Positions 8,565-19,443 of a stretch of 64,000 bases of DNA are shown piece by piece (position 1 is the first letter of the stretch; each line of letters opens with the position of its first letter). Where the stretch lies: contig CAVUWV010000031.1 of the NCBI GenBank assembly GCA_963745075.1, positions 32,001-96,000 on the forward strand, given 5' to 3'. The notes under the pieces were generated by a model. That model ran no database searches. It had not been told where the DNA came from and saw nothing but the letters and a program-made list of their open reading frames with translations. This DNA is from Candidatus Hydrogenedentota bacterium. GTDB lineage: Bacteria; Hydrogenedentota; Hydrogenedentia; Hydrogenedentales; SLHB01. A program made the position numbers and the translations under genes.

Positions 8565-10915
8565 ATGGAATCGTACGAGAACGTAAAAACGGCATCCTGT
8601 GTTCCCGCGGCGCCGGAAAGGGAAACCTTGGGTCACCTGGCCCCACCAATGCGCATCGCTTTCCTCGGCAACTACGTGCCACGGCTCTGCGGGATCGCGA
8701 CCTTTACCCACGATCTCTGTGAGGCCGTGGCGGGGGCAGTTCCGGCGGCGCAATGTTATGTGGGCGCGGTGAACGATCGCGTTGAGGGCTATGAGTATCC
8801 GTCGCGCGTACGCTTCGAATTGCTGGAAAAGGATCTGGACTCCTATCGCCGGGCTGCGGATTTCTTGAACTTCAACAACGCGGACGTACTGTGCGTGCAG
8901 CATGAGTTCGGCATCTACGGCGGACCCGCGGGAAGTCATTTGCTGGCGCTGCTTAAGGAGGTCCGCATGCCGGTAGTAACCACGCTGCACACGGTCCTGC
9001 GCGAGCCGAACGCCGCGCAGCGAGCGGTAATGGAGGAACTGGTGCAGCGCAGCGACCGCGTTGGTGGTGATGGCGCAGAAGGGCGCGGAGATTCTTGCGC
9101 GATACATATGCGGTGCCGGATGCCAAAGTGGATGTCATTCCCCACGGCATCCCCGATATTCCGTTCGCGGATTCCCGCTCTTTCAAGGAGCAGTTCGGAG
9201 TCGAGGGACGAATTGTACTGCTCACCTTCGGCCTGCTTGGACCGGGCAAGGGTATCGAATATGTCATCGAGGCGCTGCCGCGAGATCGTGCAGACGCATC
9301 CCAATGTGGTCTATCTGGTGCTTGGGTGCGACGCATCCGCACCTGCTGGCGCGTGAGGGGGAGCGCTACCGGCTGAGTCTGGAGCGGCTGGCCGACGAGC
9401 GCGGCGTGAAGGACCACGTGATCTTCCACAATCGATTTGTGTCGCTGGACGACTTGACCGAATTCATCGGCGCGACGGACATCTACATGACGCCCTATCT
9501 CAACGAGGCGCAAATCACCTCCGGGACGCTGGCCTATGTCTTCGGGGCGGGCAAAGCCGTGGTTTCCACTCCGTATTGGCACGCGCAGGAATTGCTTGCG
9601 GACGGGCGCGGCATACTCGTGCCATTTCGACGACTCACCGGCCATCGCCGAAGGCGTGTGCGAGTTTCTCGACCATCCCGAGCGTCTGGAGAGAAACGCG
9701 CAAGGAGGCCTATCGACTTGGGCGTGAGATGATCTGGCCTGCCGTGGCGCAACGATATCTGGAGTCGTTTCAACATGCGCGCGCCGACCGCCAGGCGACC
9801 CCGCGCACGGCCTTTGCCGAATTGGACACTCGCCAGCCGTCCTTACGATCTGCCCTCCGTTGCGGCTGGATCACATCGTGCGCATGAGTGATGGCACGGG
9901 TATTTTTCAGCATGCCATTTTCAACGTGCCGGACTTTCACCATGGCTACTGCACGGATGACAATGCCAGGGCGTTCATCTTGTGCAATCTGCTGGATGAA
10001 CTTGGCGGCGAACCTCCCAAGGAGAATCTCAACGGCTTCACCACCAGTTATCTCGCATTTCTCGCGTCGGCCTTGAATCGCGATACGGGGCGATTCCGCA
10101 ACTTCATGAGCCATGGACGGCAGTGGCTGGAGGACGCGGGCAGCGAGGACAGCCACGGCCGCGCGCTTTGGGCGCTTGGGTGCCGGGGCGGCGCGTTCCC
10201 GGAACGAGGGCCGGCGCCGGTTATCCGCTCAACTCTTCGAACGCGGCCTGACCGCCGTGGAAGTCATTCACCTCGCCGCGCGCCTGGGCGTTCACGTTGC
10301 TGGGCATTCATGAATACATGCGCGAGGTTTCCGGATAGTCCCGAAGCCGAGGCACGCCCGCGAAACGCTTACCGGCAAGCTGGTGACGCTCTGGCGGAAG
10401 CTGCGCCACGGAGAACTGGCCCTGGTTTGAAGCGAGCGTCACCTACGACAACGCCCGTCTCTGCCAGGCCCTGATACTGAGCGGTAGCGAATGCCCGAAG
10501 CCGAAGCCGTGGAAATCGGCTTGAAGTCGCTTGCGCTGGTTGGCCTCGCTGCAAAGGACACAGGCGGGCCACTTCAGGCCCATCGGCAGCAACGGCTTTT
10601 ACGTCCGCGACGGCGCGCGCGCGGACTTCGATCAACAACCGGTGGAGGCCCAGGCCATGGTTTCCGCCTGCCTGGAAGCGTTTCGCGTCACGCAGGATGC
10701 CACATGGTTGGTCGAGGCCAGGCGCGCCTTCGAGTGGTTCCTGGGCCGCAACGATCTCGGCCTTCCGCTCTATGATTCCGGCACCGGCGGCTGCGGCGAC
10801 GGGTTGCACAGCGATCGGGTCAACGAAAACCAGGGCGCGGAATCGTCGCTCGCCTTCCACCTTTCCCTGGCCGAAATGAACCACGCGGAGCACCCGCTGC
10901 CTGGTGCACTCATGA
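8565..10915 (+). pseudogene. GT4 glycosyltransferase fused to a C-terminal domain; many frameshifts (decay or sequencing indels)
   Basis: Fragments across frames: YVPRLCGIATFT, QHEFGIYGG, TPYLNEAQITSGTL, GYCTDDNARA, FDQQPVEA, NENQGAES. Confidence 0.8.
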
Positions 10916-12377
10916 GTACCATCCCCATTCGCCGCCACGCGATTACAGCTGCTCCCGGAAAGCGCGCGGGTCATCATCCGCCCGTTCATTCCCACGACGC
11001 GCGAGCGCATCACAGCCATCATCGGCCGGGCCCTTGCCCTGACCGACAGGAGGTCGAGCAGGAACTGCAGGCCGTGCATTCAGGAATTCGGTTCCCGGCA
11101 CTTCGACATCGAATCGCTGCTGCTGAAACACTACGCGAAAGTGCAGCACCACGTCTTCACCCAGCGCCCGCTCTCGCGGGCGCGGCAATTGCTCATCGGC
11201 GCGCTGTTCTCCGGTGAATACGCCCTGGAATCCGCAGCCCTGTTCAATCCCTCCATCGTCCCGCACCCCGATCAAAGCGGGGTCGCCTGAGGGATGCCTG
11301 CGTTTCATCATGAGCCTGCGCGCCACCGGCGAAGGGCACATCTCCTCGATCGAGTTTCGCGTCGGCAACATCTCCGCGGACGGCGACATCAGCATTGATC
11401 CCGATCTCCCGCTTCGTCACCGTGCCCGCAAGTGGTTCCCAATCCCCGCTACCGGAAGAAGGACTTCATCATCAAGCTGCACGAAATGGGCTTTGACAAC
11501 GACTGCGCCACGGCAGTCATGGGCCCGTTGGGCGATCAGTTCACCCGCAGCGACCTGGTCAACAGCGTCGCACATGTCCGGCGCGATACCTCTACCCATC
11601 ACCTATGATCTGCAACGCACGCTCGAGTGCATCCAGTGGCTGGCGGATTCCAATTACGAACTGCGCTTCTCCGCCCGAACTGGCCCTCAGTGAGCGCATC
11701 ATCTTTCCGGTTTCCTCCAATGAAAGCAACGGCATCGAGGACGCCCGCTTTGTCCGTTTCACCGATGACGACGGGACGGTCACGTATTACGCGACCTACA
11801 CCGCGTACAACGGACACGACATTCTTCCCGCAGCTCATCGAGACCCAGGATTTCCTGCACTTCCGCGTGCTCACGCTGAACGGCAGCGCCGTGCAGAACA
11901 AAGGCATGGCGCTCTTTCCCCGGCGCATCAACGGCCTTTACGCCATGCTCTCCCGGCAGGACGACGAGAACCTCTTTATCATGTTCTCGGACAACCCGCA
12001 CTTACTGGAGCGATCCGCAAATACTGCTGCGCCCGGCGGAGGCGTGGGAATCGGTCAAGGTGGGAAACTGCGGCTCTCCTATCGAAACGGAAGCCGGTTG
12101 GCTGGTCATCACCCATGGCGTGGGCCCCATGCGCAAGTATTGCATCGGCGCCGCCCTGCTGGATCTGGAAGATCCCACCAAGGTCATTGGGCGACTTCGC
12201 GAACCGCTCCTTTGTCCCGGAGGCGACGAACGCGACGGCTATGTTCCCAACGTCGTCTATAGCTGCGGTTCCCTGCTGCACGGGGGCGAACTCATCCTGC
12301 CCTATGCGATGAGCGACAAGGCTACCGCAATCGCCAGTGTCTCGTTGAAAGAGCTTCTCGCAGCCATGAAAGCGTGA
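10912..12377 (+). pseudogene. GH130 glycosidase/phosphorylase family protein; several frameshifts
   Basis: SLRATGEGHISSI, NGIEDARF, YYATYTAY, NKGMALFPR, GNCGSPIET, GYVPNVVYSCG in successive frames. Confidence 0.82.
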
Positions 12378-12488
12378 CGTTTCTTCGTCGGGACACGGCG
12401 AGCATCTACAATGAGTGGCGCAAGTATTCCGACGGCGGCTGCAGAGGAAGGCGCAACGACGCCGCTTGGACGTCTTCGCCCAAGGTCT

Positions 12489-13322
12489 TTACCGCGCAGT
12501 TTCACGTGCATACCGCAGGGAAAGAAATGCACTCAACGCGTTCCGGCCCAGTCGGATGGACGTCCGTCGCGCCCTCTCCTTCCGGCGGATTTGAACCTCG
12601 CCGAGTCCCAATCCAACGGAATTGACTTGCTCGTACGGAATGACGCAACGCCACAGGAGGTACCGCACGCGGACCGCATCGCGCTCCACCACCACGCGCC
12701 TCGGCACGGTCAAAATCGTGCCGACCACCGCGACGGTGACATAGAACGCGATTAACAGAATCCCTTCCCGGCTTCCGTTGGTGATGGCGTACACGACGGG
12801 GGCGAAGAGTACGGGCGCCAACAACCTCAGCGCCATTGGATTTATGAAGGTCGATTCGTCACTACGGAGACCCGGGGAACGCTCGGCGATTGTCGTCAAC
12901 GCGTCGACGAACCGGGCGTACTCCAGACCGAGTTCAATCCCTACCCGGACCGGACGAGTGTTCGCGTCCCCCGCGACCTCGACGCTGACCGTCGTCGGCC
13001 GGAACCGCATGCTCGAAACGCTCTCCCACGGCAACCAATCCGGGTCCCGGTTCGGGTTCCGAAGGCCCCGTTCCCCGATTTCCAGCACATACCGCTTCTG
13101 GCGAATCCCCACCCACACCAACACCGCGCCAAGCACGGTATGGAGTGCGATGCAAACAACCGCGCCCACCTTCACCATGTCCGGTACTTTTGCAAACTCG
13201 TCGCCAAACATGCTCGCCACCACAAACACATCCAACCCGAGAAACAGCACCCCCAGGACCAACAAGGCCCGCACCTGCCGCTTGGGGCTCTCGAAACGCT
13301 TCACACTGTCCGACGCGCTCAT
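12489..13322 (-). CDS. Membrane protein with putative bacterial PH-like domains
   Basis: Two TM-hairpin plus beta-rich units (WLPWESV, VIPYEQV). Confidence 0.6.
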   Translation of the reverse strand: MSASDSVKRFESPKRQVRALLVLGVLFLGLDVFVVASMFGDEFAKVPDMVKVGAVVCIALHTVLGAVLVWVGIRQKRYVLEIGERGLRNPNRDPDWLPWESVSSMRFRPTTVSVEVAGDANTRPVRVGIELGLEYARFVDALTTIAERSPGLRSDESTFINPMALRLLAPVLFAPVVYAITNGSREGILLIAFYVTVAVVGTILTVPRRVVVERDAVRVRYLLWRCVIPYEQVNSVGLGLGEVQIRRKERARRTSIRLGRNALSAFLSLRYARETAR

Positions 13323-13473
13323 GATTCCCGGATTGTAGCCCCCTCGACGGGCATTGGAAAGTGCGAAGAGCCGAACTGTAGCACAGGCGTGAGAGTGGAC
13401 CCGGGATGAGCGCTTATCGGTCCAGTTCGTGGTCTGTAACTGAATATGCCAGGTCTTTACCTGTCACGTGTAC

Positions 13474-13926
13474 TCATTGGGATGTCTGCTGCCCGAGTTC
13501 TTGGGCGAGCCCTATTAAAATTCCTTCGGGGCCCCGGATGTAGCAGAGCCGATACGCGTCTTTGTACCGGACCACTTCGCCGACGAGTTCCGCGCCGCGT
13601 TTGATGAGCCGGGCGAGCGTATCGTCGATGTCCTCCACGGTGAACATGACGCGCAGGTACCCGAGCGCGTTCACCGGGGCGTTGCGGTGATCGGCGGCCA
13701 CCGGCGGCGCGAGGAATCGGGAGATCTCGAGCCGGCCGTGACCGTCCGGCGTACGCATCATGGCAATCTCGACGCGCATGCCGCGCAATCCAGTGACGCC
13801 ATCTGCCCAGCCTCCATCGATAGGGGCGCGCCCTTCGAGTTCGAGGCCAAGTTCGGTGAAGAACGCAATGGCGGCATCGATGTCTTCGACCACGATGCCG
13901 ACATTGTCCATACGCTTGACCGTCAT
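13474..13926 (-). CDS. VOC/glyoxalase family protein
   Basis: MDNVGIVVED..AAIAFFTELGL, YRLCYIRGPEGILIGLA; AAGGAG RBS. Confidence 0.92.
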   Translation of the reverse strand: MTVKRMDNVGIVVEDIDAAIAFFTELGLELEGRAPIDGGWADGVTGLRGMRVEIAMMRTPDGHGRLEISRFLAPPVAADHRNAPVNALGYLRVMFTVEDIDDTLARLIKRGAELVGEVVRYKDAYRLCYIRGPEGILIGLAQELGQQTSQ

Positions 13927-13990
13927 ACTGTCTCCTTGGCGTTAGGCATTTTGAATGTTAGCGAGCAGCATGTACAGCAACACTCCGGCC

Positions 13991-14332
13991 TCACGATTCG
14001 GGATCAAACCCGAATACTCGAAGCTCCTGATCGCAGCGACACGCTTTCGCGATACGTGCGGCCCACGCGATGGCCTCCTTACTTGAAGGCAGCTCAAGTA
14101 CAGTGAATCCACCAGTGAGCGGAGGCGCCCACGGGTAGCCTCCCTCAGCAGCGGAGCCATTGGCCGAAACTAGAACGGGCGGTACTGTTTCATCAATACC
14201 ACCGCCGAAAACGTAGACACCCGCTTCCTTCGCCTCGCGTATCACGGCATGAGCGTCTCGACCCACCGCCTCCAATTCGCTCTCGGGTACATTCATTGCA
14301 GCACTGGGGAATGAAATTAGATACTTTGCCAT
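13991..14332 (-). CDS. YciI family protein
   Basis: AGVYVFGGGI, GGFTVLELPS..EA..WA..IA. Confidence 0.85.
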   Translation of the reverse strand: MAKYLISFPSAAMNVPESELEAVGRDAHAVIREAKEAGVYVFGGGIDETVPPVLVSANGSAAEGGYPWAPPLTGGFTVLELPSSKEAIAWAARIAKACRCDQELRVFGFDPES

Positions 14333-14376
14333 GATCTTCTTTCTCTAAGAACTTTGCGGTCAGCATTACAGGCCAT

Positions 14377-14540
14377 GCCTAACAGCGGTTGTATGGTTTC
14401 TTCATAACGCCTTTAGGCCGCGACATCGCGCCATAGGACCCCGGCGGCAATGCCGATGTAAAGCCCGTATTTGCAGCGCGTTGAAGCAGGCTCAGTGGTG
14501 ATCGCGGGGGGATAGATGGTATCTGTATGAGACGCCTTCG
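14377..14540 (-). other. attI-like integron recombination site (unit A)
   Basis: Minus strand: GGCGTCTCATACAGATA ... TTATGAAGAAACCATACAACCGCT-GTTAGGC, 44 nt upstream of yciI. Confidence 0.5.
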
Positions 14541-14594
14541 ATTCTCCACTGCAATTCGTCCTCCGGACTTTTGACGCCCTTGCCGCGCCGATTT

Positions 14595-14729
14595 TCACCC
14601 TGTAGTAGAAAAGTCTAAGCAGATGACCGTTGGCTGCGCAAGTTCTCTGTCCCGTGGTGCTGTCGGGTGGTGCCAAGGAAGGGGTCAGGGGTTTTAGCGT
14701 CGATGGTTGTGCGCGCGAGGAATCGGGAG
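14595..14729. repeat. Dispersed direct repeat, copy A
   Basis: TCACCCTGTAG..AAAAGTCTAAGCAGATGACCGTTG.CTGCGCAAGTTC...CG.TGGTTGTGC...GAGGAATCGGGAG shared with 15553, 18435 and 19444. Confidence 0.9.
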
Positions 14730-14787
14730 AAAGAGCAGTTTCCCGGGTCACTCTGCAGGTGAACGCGAAACTCTGGGGCCATGACGA

Positions 14788-15399
14788 TCATCTTCGGCGA
14801 AGGCGGTAAAAGCGAGGGTGTGCTTTCTGCACATAGCGAGGTGCCCCGGTCAAGTCGAAGGCCTCCTCGTTGGTGATCGTCCATCCACGGTAGGCTTCTT
14901 CGATCTCTTCCCGACTGATTCCTCGCGGCAGTGGTCCTCTCCGACCCGGTGAAAACGCGTACATCAGGAGCGTGGCGTCGTCGGTGGCCACATCCGTGAC
15001 CTCACGGCTCACCGCTCGCACCTCTTGGGGCGGGAGACCATGTACGACGCCAAAGTCCAGGATGAGGCGAAATCCCGAGCCGATGCCGGCGGCTGCGAGC
15101 GCCGCAATGCTCCCTTCGACAAACAAAACCTCTACGTCGGCGTTCCGTGCGCGTTCGCGGGCGGTGCGCACCGCCTTCGGCACGATGTCGATACCGGTTA
15201 CATCCCACCCGCGTTGAGCCAGACGAACCGACCAGAACCCGGTGCCGCATCCGAGATCAAGCGCAGGCCCATATGGCCGTTCTCTACCGCCCACTTCTCG
15301 ATCTAGAAGCATAACGGCCTGTTCGCCGATGGGAAGGGACGGCATCCGCTCCCACGGCGTCATGCCGACCAGATACTGGAATCTGTAGAAAAGGCTCAT
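14788..15399 (-). CDS. Class I SAM-dependent methyltransferase
   Basis: ALDLGCGTG motif I, VTGIDIV, LILDFGVVH; GGAGG RBS. Confidence 0.92.
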   Translation of the reverse strand: MSLFYRFQYLVGMTPWERMPSLPIGEQAVMLLDREVGGRERPYGPALDLGCGTGFWSVRLAQRGWDVTGIDIVPKAVRTARERARNADVEVLFVEGSIAALAAAGIGSGFRLILDFGVVHGLPPQEVRAVSREVTDVATDDATLLMYAFSPGRRGPLPRGISREEIEEAYRGWTITNEEAFDLTGAPRYVQKAHPRFYRLRRR

Positions 15400-15423
15400 T
15401 CAACCTCCCGGGGAGGTTTTGGG

Positions 15424-15492
15424 GGCTAACAATAATTAGATGGATCCGCATAAGATGCGGGTTTCTTCGTTCCTGTCCGTATAAGACGCCCT
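15424..15492 (-). other. attI-like integron recombination site (unit B)
   Basis: Minus strand: GGCGTCTTATACGGACA ... CTTATGCGGATCCATCTAATTATT-GTTAGCC, 24 nt upstream of the methyltransferase. Confidence 0.5.
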
Positions 15493-15552
15493 TTGATTTC
15501 CTTGCGCCGGCACGATAAAGCCGCCACTGACAGACCGCGCCACAACGTCTTG

Positions 15553-15670
15553 TCACCCTGTAGCAAAAAAGTCTAAGCAGATGACCGTTGCCTGCGCAAG
15601 TTCCCCGTCCTATGGTCCTGCCGGGTTATGCCGACGAAAGGGTCAGGGATTCTGCCGTCAATGGTTGTGC
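15553..15670. repeat. Dispersed direct repeat, copy B
   Basis: Close match to 14595-14712. Confidence 0.9.
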
Positions 15671-16088
15671 ATATGGTACGCGCGGGGGACGGGCGGATTG
15701 CGGATTGGAAGAAGCGGGGAATCGGAGATTGCTGGAAGCGCGTTCGGAGTTTCGGCATGGGCAGAGTTCTCCCTATAGATCAAGGCCAGGGTGTTGCATT
15801 GGGATTCGGGTTGGCGGTGAGGAGCGGGAAGTGTATGCAGGAGGGACTGGCTGAGTGGGGAGGCGTTGCTTGCGTATCGGCGCTGCTCTTGCGGATACAC
15901 TACTCGCCAACGACGGAGTTCCAGTCTCCGAACGCCGCCGTGTGAGTAACCCGGAGGAGGTTACTATGCTTCTAGTTCGTGGTCTGTCCCTGAATTAAGC
16001 CCTGAATTAACCGCTGGTGGTATAATGCTACACTTAACAACAGCACTTAGCGACCCACCGGAATGCAGTGAGGGAGACGTTTAGCCTT

Positions 16089-16660
16089 ATGGGGATACCT
16101 CAGGATAGTGGCTTGAACGACCCAACTTGGCTTGATTATGCCACTGCGATTGGTGCCATTGCGACTCCTTTGATGGTGCTGGCACTAACAGCGGCCGGAT
16201 GAGGAAGTTGCGGACACGCCTTGAACGGCAGATGGAACTCGAAGACAAGCTTCGAGAAAATCGGATTCAAACCCAGACCGATACTCAGCCCTTTGTATTG
16301 TTTCTCATGTCAAAGGAGGCTTGGCTGGCGGATCCCAAGAACAAGGGCAAAGACAAGGACGCAATCGCAGCACAGAAGATGCTCTCGGTCGAATACCGGA
16401 GAATCGCATTCGAGATGTGCATTCGTCAGGTGCGACGCGGTTGTGACTGCGTACAACAATCTGATGCAGTATTTCTTCGCGCCGGGGTAATGCGGGATTT
16501 CGGAAAGGCAGGCAAAGATGAAGTCAAGGAAATGGCTGCTCTCCTTGGTATCTTCTTGTTAGAGATCAGGCGCAGTTTGGGCAACGAGTCAACGAAATTG
16601 AAAAGTTGGGACATGCTGGAGTGGTTCATCAAAGAAGCTCGGGAGTTTAAAAAGCAATAG
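16089..16660 (+). pseudogene. Hypothetical protein with N-terminal TM helix, frameshifted
   Basis: MGIP..TWLDYATAIGAIATPLMVLALTAAG then shifts to RTRLERQMELEDKLRE...LLEIRRSLGNE; lower GC than flanks. Confidence 0.6.
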
Positions 16661-16735
16661 ACAATCCGGACGACAAGCCGAAAGAGAAGACGACCTACAG
16701 TCAATGCCGATGGAGAATATTTGAAAGGGCTTACA

Positions 16736-17432
16736 ATGGCAGATGACCATAAGCTTCCCGACCTTTCGAAGGAGCTATATCAACGAATACGGTTGGTGCG
16801 ACGAGATATAGGTAGCCTCCTTTTTCACTTCACGAGATCTACAAACGAGGATTACATAACAGTCGAGACGGATTGGGGAACAGATCCATGTCAGGGTCGG
16901 CGTTTGGTGTGCTGGAGAAAATTCTGTATGAAGGCAAACTCATTGGGACATCGAGTTGGACAAACGGAGAGAATTGTATCTGCTTTACCGAAGCACCGAT
17001 TCAGAGTTTAACTCGATATTTTCCCTGGTTGAAATTGCTTCGTCGGAAAAGGAACGACCGAGATACGAGCCTTTTGGCATTGCGGTGAGCAAGGCATTTC
17101 TATTTGGAAAAGGCGGGCGACCAGTCATATACGATCATCCATCTGCATTCCATCAACTACCCTCTCCTCAAAAATACCGATTTGTACCCTATGATCCGCA
17201 GCACGGAATTGATTTCACGTGGGAGCGGGAGTGGCGAATTAAGACCGACGCCTTGGTTCTCGACCCCAGAGGGACGCTGGTCGTAGTACCATCTTCTGAA
17301 CAAGCCTTTGAGTTGGTTTATGAACACTCAAAGTTAGAAGTAGATTACGATGATGCTCCCTCTCCACAGGGGACATACCATGTGCCAAGGTGGCTTGCTA
17401 TGTCTTTGGACCTCTTTGGGATGAGTTTTTGA
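16736..17432 (+). pseudogene. AbiGi-like (ART-fold) protein, two frameshifts
   Basis: LFHFTR / LEKILYEG / CFTEAP / RYEPFGIAVSK / GGRPVIY / WEREWR across three frames. Confidence 0.65.
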
Positions 17433-17468
17433 AGTAGCGGCGTAGTGTGCCTTTTGGGATTCTTGCTC

Positions 17469-18246
17469 ATGCCTACCCCCGATAATATCAGAGCCAAGAT
17501 TGAGCGGGCCAACAAACACATCAAGGAGCTTGATCGGGCAATCCGAGAATTCCTAAACAACAGGCCGTTCCGAATTGTTACTAGGCAAGATAAGAATACG
17601 GGCGAGCGCATTATGGTCATTGCCGATGCCCGACCTATTCCCGCTGAATGGAGCATTCTCGTTGGAGAATCGGTTTATCAGCTCAGGTCCAGTCTTGACC
17701 ATGCTATTTGCTACATGGTCGAACGCGCCGGGGGAAAGATCACAACAAGAACCCAATTCCCGATCAGTACAACTCAGCGGAAGGAATTGATGAGAAGAGA
17801 AGAAACCTCGATAAAAGGAGTACCCGCGGTCGCTGCCGATATCGTGAGGCAATTCCAGCCCTACAATATCGTTCGATCCTTACGAGTTTTACGAACACCC
17901 CCTCAACGTCTTGAGAGAACTCAGCAATACCGATAAGCATAGATCGCTCAATTTGATCGTTCTCGCCTCCCCCGAAGCAAAAATCAAAGTCGGGCCGAAT
18001 ATCCGTGACTGCCGGGTGACCATACACAGCAGCATCAAGAACGATGCTGAGATACTCCGATTCAGATTCCTCAACGTCGAAGTGGACGTACACCCGCAAC
18101 TTGGAGTTAGTGTATTGTTTGACAAGGTTGGGTCTTTTGTCGAACCTTATCCCGTCATACCAACACTCCAGCGCCTCTCGGACTTCGTTTCGCAAATCAT
18201 TTTCACTCTCAAACCCTGGCTTGAAGGACATCAGGGTGCCTATTAG
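17469..18246 (+). pseudogene. Hypothetical helical protein with HEPN-like LSNxDKHR motif, frameshifted near 17900
   Basis: KIERANKHI, LRSSLDH, QFPI, then RELSNTDKHR in the next frame. Confidence 0.6.
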
Positions 18247-18313
18247 CTCCTATACAGAGAAGCGTTAGTTACCACGTTGATAGCCAAGCGATACTAGTTG
18301 CGCCAGTCGTTAT

Positions 18314-18445
18314 TCAGATTGAAACTGCCCGCTGCGCTTTCAGCACGGCGATAAAATCTGCGGGCGGGGGGCGGTGAAGTGGAGGCGCTCGCGGGGGGCG
18401 GGGTGTTGGAAGCCGAGGTGTTCGGCGTGGAGGGTCTGCCGTCGA
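18314..18445 (-). pseudogene. Degenerate duplicate of the rluD 3' end
   Basis: Encodes TLHAEHLGFQHPAPRERLHFTAP(fs)PADFIAVLKAQRAVSI* versus rluD ALHAEHLGFEHPGTGERMQFNAPPPADFEAALDALRII*. Confidence 0.85.
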
Positions 18446-18530
18446 TGGTTGTGCGTACGAGGAATCGGGAGGTTTCTTGTCCTGTATTGCGCCTTCAGCG
18501 CTCCGTTTGTGGGGCGGCCGGGAACCCCCG
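18435..18530. repeat. Dispersed direct repeat, copy D (right half)
   Basis: TCTGCCGTCGATGGTTGTGCGTACGAGGAATCGGGAGGTTTCTTGTCCTGTATTGCGCCTTCAGCGCTCCG closely matches 19542-19612. Confidence 0.9.
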
Positions 18531-18771
18531 CACACGGATCGCCTTATTGTTCCCGGTCGCTTCACAGTTTCAATTCCAAGCTGTGCGAGGACCATAAACA
18601 CGGTTTTACTTACGCATGCCGTGCTGGGCGGCAAGGTCAATCACTGAATTGGTGCTTTCAGACATAAACGCGCCCGTCTTGCCGAACGTCGGGCATCATG
18701 CACAGCGCCCGAGGATTGCCACCCGGCACCATGATGTGGGTCGCAGTCGCTGCAGCCCTGAATTTGCTGGC

Positions 18772-19035
18772 CTATGCCGAGGAGTCCACTCTTCTGGTTT
18801 TTGACTTGCTTCCAGATTTCGGCAGCTTCTTAAGCTGAATCACCAAACGGAGAGCTTCATTTACAGTCTGGTCCGTCGGAAACGCTTGGGCTACATCTTC
18901 GTCCAACAAAACCAGATTGGTGCCCTCGTGGAACCTATCTGCGTATTTGCCCTGGACCCCGGTTTTGAGTAGTTCTCCAAGTTCATATTCTTCCCGAAGC
19001 TCATCCGCTTTTTCGTCTCTGGATTTCCTCTTCAT
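18772..19035 (-). CDS. BrnA-like type II antitoxin
   Basis: DELREEY, GKYA, TNLVLLDEDVAQAFP..VNEALR; overlaps the BrnT-family gene. Confidence 0.8.
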   Translation of the reverse strand: MKRKSRDEKADELREEYELGELLKTGVQGKYADRFHEGTNLVLLDEDVAQAFPTDQTVNEALRLVIQLKKLPKSGSKSKTRRVDSSA

Positions 19036-19297
19036 ACGCTCTTCTTTCTCGACGGGTAAGCTCCCGTGCACTGATGATGCGGATTCTATCTCCCCGGTCA
19101 GTATGCGCGACCATCAAAAGCCGACCGGCGGCCGATGACCCGAAGATGATGGAACGTTCTTCGACTTCGGAATGATCCGTATCGTACGTAGTGATGCTCA
19201 ATGGATCCTTGAAAACTGTGGCAGCCTCCTTGAAAGCAACTCCATGCTTTCGCAGGTTCATCCTCGCCTTGGCCGGATCCCATTCAAATTGTATCAT
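19001..19297 (-). CDS. BrnT family (DUF497) toxin
   Basis: FEWDPAKA.MNLRKHGVAFKEA, HSEVEER, IRIISAR..T.RERRAYE. Confidence 0.92.
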   Translation of the reverse strand: MIQFEWDPAKARMNLRKHGVAFKEAATVFKDPLSITTYDTDHSEVEERSIIFGSSAAGRLLMVAHTDRGDRIRIISARELTRRERRAYEEEIQRRKSG

Positions 19298-19443
19298 GAC
19301 TCATCTCATGCGCGTCGAAGGCGAACGCTCAAGCGTAGCGGTGTGGCGCGTTCGCATATGGCACACATCGTGTAGCGCCGCCCTCACAAATGTGTTGCAC
19401 GGCGTTTCCCTCCGCCACGGGCAGACTGCGCCACGATGTTTCC

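Noticed and set aside
15830..15950. Possible RAYT transposase remnant
   Set aside because: No HUH or other recognisable motif in any frame.
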